64,000 bases of DNA. Source: Azolla caroliniana. Taxonomy: Eukaryota; Plantae; Polypodiophyta. The DNA is taken from the NCBI GenBank assembly GCA_043228905.1, contig JBHGNT010000022.1, forward strand, positions 1,240,001 to 1,304,000. The letters are read 5' to 3'. Positions 1 through 12,000 of the stretch are shown here, piece by piece. Position numbers and translations under genes: made by a program. Every line of letters begins with the position of its first letter. Positions within the stretch are counted from its first letter, which is position 1. The notes under the pieces were generated by a model. The model saw only the letters and a program-made list of their open reading frames with translations. It was not told the DNA's origin and did no database searches.

Positions 1-135
1 GATTGATACAACAAAGACGAGACAATCTATGCATATCCATACATTTTAAAATTCATTTGAACGAGAGTGAAAGAAGACAGCACTGAGAAGTACAAATAAA
101 ATCTTAAATGTATAATATGCTTCGTAAAACAATAC

Positions 136-1565
136 CTCAATAAATTCCCCTTCTTGTAATAGTCTCCGGCATGCATCTCTATCTTTTCTGTAAGGAGATA
201 TTACACTTGCTATACAAAGGAGTCCAGCGTCAGCAAAAAGTTTTGCAACCTCCCCTATAAATCACACATGATCCTTCATACTCAATAGTAATTTACACAT
301 ACAAATAAGAACCAAGATGCAATTTCCAAAAATGTCTCAACTAATTCGAAACAAAATCGAACAAAAACTTACCAATACGCCTAATATTCTCGGCCCGATC
401 ACTTGCACAAAATCCCAAGTCATTGTTAAGACCATGTCGGACATTATCGCCATCAAGAACATAGCTGAGATTTCCCCTCTTAAGAAGAAGCTGCTCTAAT
501 GCGCATGCAAGGGTACTTTTGCCTTCATGAAACCATAACTATATCACTTAAAAGGTCATAATAGTGAAAAAAACGCGTCTTTTCATATATGTCAAAGGTG
601 GCAAACCTGATCCGCTAAGGCCAGTGATCCATATCACGCATCCTTTTTGACCAAGTAGCTTTTGCTTCTCTTCCTTTTTCACCCTGCATTTTTGCCATGC
701 AATATTTGTGGATTTTCCAACTGTTATCACTGAGCACGTATTCAGACCTACGGAAGCAAGAAAGTATGGGTTGACAAAAAAGTTGTAAAAGTTTTTACCA
801 AAAGGTAAGATTGCCAAGAAACAAAAACCGAGCTACTAAACCTTGTTGCATACAACTTTTCATAAGAAAACGAGAAACCACTTACAATAATCTCATATGC
901 ATTCACTGCATTTTAAGCAAAGCTATACTACCCAAATGCACATGTAAAATTTTAGATATACAGTTTTGCATATACACATGTATGGAATGCAAAGAAATGA
1001 GTCTGAGCTATACAAATCCACAGCATGCTGTCAAACAATGACAGGTAATGCAAACGTTTCTAACATTACTATTGGTGCAAGCAATGTTTATCAGAAAACG
1101 AGAATTCTGGCCTGGATACTTTTTAGGGCAAATCTCTGTAATACCCTGAGTTTCCTTTATTTCCCCAGTCAAATGTTCCTGAGTTTTCTTTTATCTCCAC
1201 AAAATGCCCATTGGTTAGCCCCAAAAGAGAGAGAAGGGGGGTGAATCGACCATAAAATCGATCAAATTGAAGATACAATTTCTCTTTTGAGGTTACTCAA
1301 GGGCATTTCCGAAAGAACAAAAACAAGGCAATTGGGGAAAGTAAGAAAAACTCAAGGGTGTATTGGAGTTTTTCCCTACTTTTCTAAGCATTGCTTTATG
1401 CAGTGCTGTGCATATACAATCGTGAAGATTTAGTAACTTACATGGAAGGGATGTTGCATTGGATGTATCCCTTGATTTTGGGGACTTTACCATTTGATCT
1501 AAACACGCCGAATTGGAATTATGATTCAAATTAAAGACTAGATGGTTGTTTTCTCCCTCTGCCAT
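136..1565 (-). CDS. APK: Adenylyl-sulfate (APS) kinase, 5' part; 3' exons lie off the left edge
   Basis: Minus-strand exons 1565(first ATG)-1442, 747-607, 522-373 and 254-136 splice in frame via GT..AG. They give STNIAWQ...[21 protein letters not shown]...[18 protein letters not shown]...[19 protein letters not shown]...[11 protein letters not shown], the P-loop and signature motifs of APS kinase. The true start or further upstream exons are uncertain (acceptor near 1611). Confidence 0.95.
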
Positions 1566-1694
1566 CCTTGGCACTTTGTAAATGGGTCTTGCAGAATCTT
1601 CTTTGACACTCTGCTATGATTTTTTGCACAGAGATAGATAGTGCCTTTCACACAGATCTGAATTTATTTTGTGAAACCTTTTCGCTTTCTGATA

Positions 1695-3730
1695 CAGCCA
1701 AGACGAAGCCCAATAGAATCCTTGCAATCATAGATTTCAACAGGAAACCCTAATTTCTGATCTTCAACGGATTCTTCAAGTTTGGCCTCTTTATCCTTGA
1801 GTTCATAAAAGAAAATGTTAGTTTGTTAGGTATAAACGCCAAGATGAAGCCAAGATGTAGATATTCAACATAAAAACCATAATGTGTCAGTCGGTATCAT
1901 AAGCTTGAATTCACAAAAGCAAATATTGTTTGTTTTGAAGAAAAAAATAAAGCCAGATTGTAGACTGCAATGTAATTTCCAAGAGGGAAACCCTAACCTC
2001 TAATCTTCAATGGATTCATCTAAAAGTTTGGCCTCTCCAACCTTGAATTCATAAAGGAAATTGTTTTTCCTTTGGCTCTACAGGCAAGCTGAAGACAAGT
2101 AAAAGTACATTTCCAGTAGGTAACCTTAATCTCTGACTTCAACATATCAACTCACAAAGTTTGTCCTCTAGAACATTAAATTTACAAATGGAAGTTGACT
2201 GTTGTCTGCTGATTAAAGCTAAAATTCAATCCAGACAGTAGCCTGGCAATTTAAATTTCGAGCATGTTAACCCTAATCTCTTGGATTGATCACACAAGTT
2301 GGCCTATATCTCAAAGTTGAGCCTGTCTAACCTTGAATCATCAAAAGAAAATACCATTTCCTTTGCTGATAGACAAGATCAAGCAAAAAGAGTAGGTTTC
2401 CAATAGATCAACTTAATCTTCGATCTTCAATTTATCCACCTCCAAGTTTAGCCTCACTTATTGTGTTGATTCACAGAAACAATTGCTGTTTTGTTTGCCA
2501 GTAAAGCCGAAATGAAGGTAGACAGTAACATTGCAGAAGTAAACTTCCAACTGATAACCTTAATCTTACATATTTGATCAAAGTTTGGCCTCTCTAATCT
2601 CAATGAATTCACACAAAAGGAAGTGTTGTTTTATTTACCAAGAAAGCCAGAGTGAAGCCAGATATCCGACAGGTAAGCCTAGTCTCTAATCGTTGGTCTT
2701 TGCCTAACCAAAATGAGCACAAACAGTAGATTTGTGCGATAGATTTCCAACAGGTAACATTAATCTCTGATCTTCAATGGATACACCTCTAAGACAACCT
2801 TGAAATCGAGAAAGAAATTTAAGTAAGCCAAGCCGAAGCCTGATAAGAGGTGAAGCCTAATCTCTGATATTCAATGCATCTACCTACGAGTTTGCCTTCT
2901 CAAATAATGTTAACTCACAAAAGGAAGTGAGTTTATTGGCTGTTTTGTCTGCCAGTAAAACCTTGTTGATAAACCAAGATGAAGCCTGGTAGAAACCTTG
3001 CAAGGTAGAATTTGACAGGTAACCTAATCTCGGGTCTTTGATCCAAGTTTGGCCTCTCTCTAACCTTGTTCAATCGCAATTAAGGAGGAGGTTAGTTTTT
3101 GTTTCATTTAAATCTAAAAATAAAGCCTGACCAGAATCCTTGCAGCATAGATTTCCAACTAATATCTGATGAAGCCAAGATAAAGAAGCTTGACCAAATC
3201 TTTTAAAGCCTAGATCTCACCCGCTAATCAATGGTCTGCAATGGATTCATCTCCGAGTTTAGCCTCTCTGAATTTGTTAATTCATAATATAAAATAAGAT
3301 TTGTTTGCCTATAAAAGTTGACAAGAGTCCTTATTGAATAGGATCAGATGTTAGGGTTTAGCTGTTGGAAATCTCAATTAACCAATCTCCAATTTTGGCT
3401 TCTTTGGTAAGCAAAATCTCTGATCCTCAATGGATCCAAATTCCAACCTTCGATTTACAAAAGAAAGTGTTGTTTTGCTTGCAGATAAAATCCAAGAGTT
3501 GACGATTGATAGGAACCTTGCAACGAATACTTACCTTGGATTATTGAGCTTGTCAGGATTAAACTCTTCCCCGGAAGAAAAACAGATGCAAACCTTCAAT
3601 TCACATAAGAAAATTATTTGCAGATAAAAGCCATAACAAAGACTGATGTAAACCTTGCAATGCATACTTACATGATATCATTGAAATTATTAGGATTTTA
3701 AAAAGATCAAACTCTTTTTCGGGAAGAAAG
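1695..3730. repeat. Degenerate ~120-130 bp tandem repeat array (roughly 15 units) upstream of / in the 5' intron of APK
   Basis: Recurring blocks AAGCCAAGATGAAGCC...AGATTTCCAACAGG(T)AA(A)CCCTAATCTCTGATCTTCAATGGAT...AAGTTTGGCCTCTCTAACCTTGAATTCA. One inverted unit lies at ~3341-3375. Confidence 0.85.
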
Positions 3731-4559
3731 AAAGCTTTTATTTAATTCATGGTCTTAATATAGCTCCATTTCTTTAAATCCTCAAAAGGCTTGCCTGGAA
3801 ACCTGGTAAAATGGAAGATTTAATGAAGACTGAAGGGAGAAAAACTAACAGCTGACCGAAGATTCCATTAAGAATGAGTGGAGGAAAAAAACATGTGACT
3901 TTTGGATTTAATGGAAGATAATGTGATAAAAAATAAAAAATAAAAAATCTTTCGTTGGATTTTATAGAAGAATGAAGGGAGAAAAACGAAGATTCAATGG
4001 AAAGATGTAATGAGGAATGCAGGGATAAAATACAAAAGAAATCTATGGGTTTCTCTAACATCAAATGGTCTGTTGCAAAAATCAGCTAGTACATGAAGTT
4101 TGGAATATCAATGAAGAGATCAAGTTTCTCTTCATAACAAATTCAGCTTCAAAATGCCATGCACCTATCAATCACAAAGAACAGAAGATTCAACCGAACA
4201 GGAATTTTTCGGTCGTGTAGAGAGAATCTCGATGCTTTTTTTTTACCTTCACACTTTCTGATAAGAAAGAAAGGAAGAAGACGAGTAGGAGGGGAAGCTC
4301 ACGAATTGGGATGGCGGAGATCTCAAGCTTTCCATGAAAGCTGCAGAATCTTTTCTCTGAGTTTATTTCCTAATTTTTGTTGGGAAGTAAAATAAATCCG
4401 GAGGGCCTAATTTTGCAGTTCTCCGGCTAAGTATTATTAAATAATTACTAATATATGTATATATATATATATAATTCAAGAGCTTTTCGAAGAAAAATTC
4501 CTGAAATTTTATTAAATGATTCGCGATTTAAAATAAAAGATCGTTTTATTTTCCACCGC

Positions 4560-5135
4560 TTTTTGCTTCTTCTTTTCTTATAGTTTTTTGATCCTTTAAC
4601 TTTTGCTTTTTTGCTTTTTTTCGCTTTTTGCTTTTTTGTTTTTTGCTTTTTGTTTCTAGTTTTTTGTTTTTTGATTTTGGATAATATCTTTTTGAAATTT
4701 TGCCCTTTATGTTTTGCTTTTTACTGTTTTTTTTCCTTCTCTTCTTCGTTTTTTTTTTTGGATTTTTTTTTTTTGCCCTTTATGTTTTGCTTTTTAGTTT
4801 TTTTTTTTTTTTTTTTGCTTCTCTTCTTTGTTTTTTGCTTTTTATTTTATCTTTAATCTTTTCGCTTCTTCTTTTTTTTTGGATAAAATAAAATTGCCCT
4901 TCATGTTTTGCTTCTTTGTTTTTTGCCTTTTTATTTTATCTTTGATCTTTTCTTTTTTGGTTTTTGCTTTTATCTTTAACTTTTTTCTTATTTTTATCTT
5001 TTTGTCTTTTGCTTTTGCTTTTTGCTTTTTGCTTTTTGCTTTTCGCTTTCCGTACTTATTTTCCGAACAATGGAGATATACAAAGAAAGAAAACGCGAGG
5101 TTTTCCACTTCTTCTTCTTCTTCTTCTTCTTCTTA
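4560..5135. repeat. T-rich low-complexity tract (TTTTGC/TTTTTG-like) ending in (TCT)n
   Basis: Visible directly in the sequence; it produces spurious F/L-rich and K-rich ORFs. Confidence 0.9.
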
Positions 5136-7113
5136 CCTCACATTAAGTGTTGGCAACTCGAGATTTCATGCATTTTCAAATCATGCCTGCTCGCTCACTT
5201 GTCATCTTAAATAGGCCTTTTTTTGCCATGGTTGTTTCGAATCACCTCGTCATGTTCTTCTCATGGATGGAATCCTCGTCACTCTTTGCGCGCACAAACA
5301 AATAATGTATGATCTGAACCTTATATAAATTCATCGGGGGATGATTGCAATGAAGTTATGAGTGAATCTCCATCTCATAGTCACGATGAGAGAAGGGCAA
5401 GAACCAATCAACACACCGATTTAATCAAGTCAGTTATAAGTCTCCATCTCCTTTATAAGTTCTTCTTCTCGGAACCTACTAGAGGACGAAGGCCTCCCCA
5501 ATGCTTCGGACCAACTATATAACATAATAAAATGTTGTGCTATGTTTGGTCCTGTATAGTATAATATCATGCGAGAGCGGAGATTGTCTAACAAGGCATC
5601 CCACCCCCATATGGAGCCCCTTGGTATCTTCCAACACGAGATCACTGTTTTGCATGCACCATAAAATGAGTTAAAGCTCATTGGGTCTCAACTACCACTC
5701 CAACACGTGCATTACCTAGCAAGCTGTCTTTGACTGGTGATTGTTCTCATTAGTTCCAAAAACCCCAAGGGGTGGACTCATTATTTATTCTTCATTAAAC
5801 AATGTTGGAACCGAAGGCCGAGAGCAAAAGAGTGTAAGATATATGATAAAGTTGTTTTCCAAGTGGGACACACACCATAAGGTGAAAAGTAGGGATATTG
5901 GAACTTTCTACAGAGACCCTAGTACGTGTGTGCTCGATCATGTCACTCCTTAAGGGGGCTCTAAACCCGATGTTGACGTGTGGCTAAGTGTTGTGTCAAG
6001 TTTTATAGGATATAGCGATTGAGAGACCCATTGAGAACCTCGTTGAAATGAGCACGTGTTTGTAGTAGTAAAGAAAACAAAAGGTATGCCTCTTAAAAGC
6101 ATACTTAATAATAAAAAATTCGACTAAATAAATAGTAAGATAAATTTGATTCTAGGGCCCCAGAGATGGCGAAAGCAAACCCACTCTTGAAACAAAAAAT
6201 AAATAAACCATAAATGGGTTGGCTCGAGTTCAAAGTGGCAATAAACCACTCTTTGGAAGAGAAAAAAACCACTTGTTTTCCGAGTTTGAAAATGTTAGTT
6301 TTTTCTTCTCTTTGAGGAGTTATGTGTTCAACGCTTCCTCTAAAACATGTTCAACGAGTGAATACGAGCCAAGCCCTTAACATGAAAAGAAGATGTGATT
6401 TTCGGTTTTCTCCAACAAATGCTTTTTATTAGTGCCATTATTTTCTTAAAGGGGGTTTGGTTGCATTCAATCTGTCAACAACATTAGCCCCCCCCCCCCC
6501 CCCCCCCCCACCCACAAAAAACAAAAAACAAAAAACAAACATACTTGCTCGAAAAAAATAAATCAAAAGGGCAAGTTTAGCTTAAAGGACGCGCCAAGGG
6601 TTTCCCATGAAAATTGTATGCTAAGGGTACTTTCTTGTCATCATGGGCACACCATAGATGTATCATGGATGGTCTTCCATGGGCCATGATGGGTGGGTGG
6701 GTCATGAAAAAGAAGAGAAAAGGGAAAAACTTTTAAAAAAAAGCTTGCGAACCTCGGGCAAATCCTTGCCTCCTCGAATAAGAAGTTCGTCCACTGCTCA
6801 ATCATCGAATGCATACATTTTGTTATGAAGGCAATGACAACGAGAGAGAACAGGTGTCTTAAGAAGACGAAGTGTGTGGTTTGAAGAATCGGGGAAAGAG
6901 GAACCTAATTTCGATATTGACGAGGCACTTAGAAGCGTATGTGGGTGGACTTTTCGATATGTTATGATCATATATTGCCAGTTCAACTAGAGTAATGTCC
7001 TAATGTATTGAAAATACTCGAAGCACATGCAAGAAGATCATATATCTCATACTTCCTTGTCATGATGGATGGAGTATTAATGTCTCATGTACTGCAATTG
7101 ACTCGGGCATAAC

Positions 7114-7377
7114 CACCGCATTTATCAATGGGTGGGCACACAGAAAATCGCATCACTGAGTGGCACGATCTACATATATAACAGCTCGAGAAAAGTACAT
7201 GCTCGTCCTTTAGGAAAGAGCGAGTCGAAGGGTCCGCTAGCATATCACCGCATTTATCAATGGGCGGGCACAAAGAAAATCGGATCACTGAGTGGCACGA
7301 TATACATATATAACAGCTAGAGACAAGTATGTGCTCGTCCGTTAGGAAAGAGCAAGGCGAAGGGTCTGCTGGCATAT
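7114..7377. repeat. Tandem duplication, 2 x 132 bp
   Basis: CACCGCATTTATCAATGGG starts at 7114 and at 7246, and the two units are colinear. Confidence 0.9.
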
Positions 7378-7396
7378 CACGCGTGGATCTCCCTAG

Positions 7397-7800
7397 CGAA
7401 TGTGGGCGTGCAGGGGTCCTTTTTGGGGCGGACAAAAGCATGGCGAATGTGGGCGTGTGCAGGGGTCCTTTCGGGGCGGACAAAAGCATGAGAGGCTGAC
7501 GAGGGGTGTCCGAGGGGGGTCATCTTGGGTTGGCCAAAAACACGGGAGGCTGATGGGGGGTGTCATGGGGTTGTCTGGGGCCGGACAAAAACACGAGAAG
7601 TTGATGGGGGGTGTCCGAGGGGGGTTGTTTGGGGCCGGACAAAAACATGGGAGGTTGATGGGGGGTGTCCTGGGGTTGTCTGGGGCCGGACAAAAACACG
7701 GGAGGCGAATGGGGTGGGGTGTCCGGGGGGTCGTCTCGGGCCGGACAAAAACACGGGAGGCGAACCGGGGGGGGGGGGGGTGTGTCCGGCCGGACAAATT
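7397..7800. repeat. G-rich ~50-55 bp minisatellite (about 8 units, core GGGGCCGGACAAAAACACGGGAG)
   Basis: The GGACAAAA(A/G)CA core recurs at ~7430, 7478, 7533, 7583, 7637, 7688, 7743 and 7792, with long G-runs between cores. Confidence 0.9.
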
Positions 7801-9061
7801 CATCCACATATTTGATTTGTTTTGGGCAATTGGGCAGAGGTCATACATAGTATAGTTTCTTCTCTTTTCTCTGTTTCTGTTGTATTGAGTAAATTACGTA
7901 TGCAGTCAAATCTCTGTCTCTTCTGTCTCTTCTGTCTCTGTCCACAACAGAACAGGGAGATTAGGGTTAGGGTTTCCGACGCGTTTCGATCTCCTGGAAT
8001 CTCCGAAACGAGGGGGGCTCTGCCACACCTCCTGCCTTCCGAAAATTCCTTAGCGCATCTCCAAATCCTTTGCCTTGCAGAATCCAGATCGTAGCGGCTT
8101 CCCTTCCCCCAAATCCTTTGCTTCCAGGTAAATGTCATCACACGATCTGCAGTAGATCATCATCGGAAACGTTTGGATGCCTCCCCGCCGTCTCTTTTTC
8201 GTCCTTTCGCAGTCTTGATCCGTGTCAGTGATCTTGCGAGCTCTCTCAGAAGTCCCTACCTTTCAGGGCGCAATATCACATCTTTTATTTGATCCTTCAG
8301 CTCGAGTCCATTTTGTGCATCTCTGTCCATTGTCCCTAATCATTCACTAATTTATCGCAGTTCCTCCTCGACTGATCTTATGGTTTTGATCACCGAATTT
8401 CTTGATCTGTTGTCAAGGATCCCATTAGCTTCCTATGGATGGGTTTTATCACCCATCCTTACTTGGTCGTGCAAGAAGTGTTTAAATATATCTATAGTCC
8501 AAATCATTGAGTAAATTCATTTTGTTCTCCTTCTTGATCTTGCCATCGGAATCATCGAAATCCTCACCTGTGTTAGATATCTTACAGGAATGATTGGAAA
8601 TTCTTTTCTGTATTCTCTTTTTTTTGTAAATCTTCGACTAAATTCTGCTGTTTCTTGCTATCTTTATCTTTGGCATTTTTTTTTATCTCTTGTCACACGT
8701 CTTGCAATCTCCCTCAATTACAAATAAAAAATTTCACCTTTGTATTATCATTCAGCTCGAAGCTGCACCGAGCTTGTGATCATCTAAATTTCCTGTGATC
8801 TGACTATGTCGTATTCAACATTGTCAATGTTTATCACAGCTCTTAGATCCCTATTGTTTGTCCACAATATCACATATTTACTTGATGGTTAAGATGAAAC
8901 ATACTGTGGATCTGTAGATTGACTAAATCTTGCCCTCTCTTCCTCGATCTCGCAGCTTTCATTACAGACATTCCTGATCTGTTTCACCGATCTCGAATGA
9001 AAATATTTCTTTGATTCCTGACATCTGAAGAATCGGCATTGTCTTTTCAGATCTTGCAGAC

Positions 9062-12000
9062 ATGAAGAATGTTGGAAACAGTTCGTCACTTAATGGACGG
9101 GCTGTCTCAAAGGCATATGATAAATCTTATGATCTACGCAGAAATGACATGTCTTCAAGGAGAAAATTTCTCAATATCATTCTAGTGGTCTCAGATTGCT
9201 GCTTGCTTGGTATCCAGGTACGAAATTTGAAACTTTTGCCTAATTGTACTTAAATTTAACTTAAGTAAGGTTCAAAAATGTCTGTTTTGTTAGCACTTCA
9301 ATAGTGGAACATTTTTATGCCCGTAGTATGTATGGATCAATTTTAAGGAAATTACTAGGTTGAGAATCCTGATGGTAAAATTATTTTGGGATCTTCTGAA
9401 GCACCTTATCAATTGTTGGTTTTAAAGGATATTAAATGCAGATCCATAGTGGAAAACATTGTAATAACTTGAAAGCATGCAAGATCACATTGTATCTTCA
9501 ATTCTTCAGGCGTCAATTAAATATTTCTTATGCATTTTGGTGATCACACTCATTCAAGTAAAATTTTCAAAACAATTTGCCTGGCCATGGCCTAGGTGGG
9601 CATGGTTTGGACAGACTAAGGACACATGGCTATATAAAAGTGTTGCTACCATTATGCATGGTTTGGGCAGGTTTAGAACTCATGGTTGTATGCAAGTGTT
9701 GCTACCTGTATGCATGGTTCTCTTTGTGATGTGCGTACCAATACTGAGGTATAAGCTCAATGATGTTGGATGTAGCATGGGACAGCTGATGACTCTCTGT
9801 TATGGGAATATATGGGTGGGTGGGATATTAGGAGTCTACCTTTGCACATGTTTGCTCAATCAATCACGTTTATGTTGTTAATATGTAATTAGGACACAAG
9901 AGAGCCTGGCCCTTTATTCTGATTGGTCATAATGTTTGAACAATAACACTGAGTGCAAATTTATTTGTTTTGAATTCTTGTCAACCTGGTAACATCTATA
10001 TCACATTTTTTTGCAGCCCATCTTAGTTTACATGTCAAAGGTGGATGGAAAATTTCTGTTCAGTCCCGTTAGTGTGAATTTCCTTACTGAATTGGCGAAA
10101 GTTATCGTGACGATAGTTATGCTGCTCTTTCAGGTTTGTATGCCAGACAGCTGTAGTTAAAATAACATATAATAAGTGGAAATCTGTCTTGCTTGTATGT
10201 TTAATAGAGGTGACTAGAGTATCTTTTCAATGGATATAGTATGTTTACTCAGTTTTTGTGGAACACTGGTACAGTTATAACCATATCTTTTATTGAAGAG
10301 GACATCGAAACATGCTCTTTAATGAGCAGCGAAACTGTAGAAACTGTAGAGAAATGATTTTCAGCAAAATTATCACTCATTTCCTTATGGTGAGAAAACC
10401 CAGAGATTTGTAGTGTCTAGGGTGATCTTCCTATGGTTGCTGCATCATGGTTGAACTACTAGGACCATTTCCATTTAATCTTCCAACCTTCTCCATCATG
10501 GGAGGGATTTTAAAAGAAGCTTCCAAACTCTCTAACTTCTTACACTTACCAATTTAAGGTTTCTGCTGATTATTTAAATTATTGGCAAAAGGTCATGAAT
10601 TGTAAAAACTCTTTCATTTGTGTTTATGTGATTGTTCTCACACTCTTCTACAGCTTGAGCTGAACTTTCCCTGTTCTCTTTAGCTGAAATTGGGTTGTTA
10701 TAGAGTCAATGACCTTTGCCATAGAATTATGGAAGCCGTATTTATTGCAGCAGAAACTATTCATGACCATTATAAACTCTTCTTTGTTAAGTCACTTTCC
10801 TAGGGGATAAATTAATACAGAAGCCATGCTTGTTGCAGCAGAAGCTATTCATGACCATTATAAACTCTTCTTTGTTAAGTCACTTCCTGAGGGGATAAAT
10901 TGCAGATTGTTTCCCGTCTGCCCATGGATCTTGTGATTCCGTTCTTCCTTAAGAATCAGGCCACATGCTGATTTTAGTGATTGCTTCTCGATTGTGTGTA
11001 AGGCATCCATGCCTAAGGTCTAGGATGATTGCTTCTTGCTTTAGCTATGCTGGTTTTTTCTTTTATATGGATGATGTATATGTTTTTATTTGTGAGTTTA
11101 ATAGTGTGCTAATGAACTTATTTTACATGCTGATTGATGGAAATAACTTGTGGATCAGACTCGGAATCGAAGACCTGGAGAAAAGGCATTAGTTTCACTT
11201 CCTTCTATAATTCAGGTGACATAACGATGCATTTATTGCCAGAATTGCTCATTTGTCTTGGATTGTTGGTACCCTTAATGTGTCCAATGGAGTATTAATT
11301 GCTCCTGAGATAGTGATCAACTGTTGAGTATTCTGGTAATCTGGAAAGCAAGTGTATCAAAGAATCAATGTGATTATCAAAACTGGAGTTCTGTGTTAAA
11401 ATTTAATTTGTCAAGCCATTGAGCCATTCCAATTTTACAGTCATTAAATGGGCAGCTGTCTAAGTTTATTGTCTCAATTTATGTTCTTATCTACTGAATA
11501 ATTGCAACGCCGACAGTAATTGTTTATTACTCCATGAGTATTCCTAGTGCCAGAGATGAAATTGGTTGCCATAAAATAGTATTATTGCTGTTTATTCAAA
11601 TAAATGAGAAACTTTCTAAAAGGTTGTAACAAACTTGTAGAATACCATGATTAGCTTGTTGATTATTAGTCATTGTGCAAGAGGGACAACAGTAGCTGCC
11701 AAAAATATTATTGTTAATGTTTATTCAAATCATTTGAAAGCAGTGACATATATTCAGCATAGAATGTGCATACTTGTTTCAGGCCGGAAGACTGAATTAT
11801 CTTCTTGCTGTCCCAGCTTTTCTATATGCAATCAACAACTACCTTAAGTTTGTTATGCAGGTACTTGCCACTGTTTGCTCTGCCTTGTGGGCTTCCAATT
11901 GTTCTCATTAACACAACTCAGTTTTCTTGTTGTCTTTTCTGCAGCTTTATTTCAATCCAGCAGCCACGAAAATGCTTAGTAACTTGAAGGCATGGCTCAA

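Noticed and set aside
4611-5214. F/L-rich and K-rich ORFs resembling membrane or basic proteins
   Set aside because: They are translations of a T-rich low-complexity tract.
7085-7855. Repetitive Pro/Cys- and Gly-rich ORFs; also considered as a CRISPR-like array
   Set aside because: All frames are open because of a GC-rich minisatellite. The inter-core segments resemble each other rather than being unique spacers, there are no cas genes, and the context is eukaryotic.
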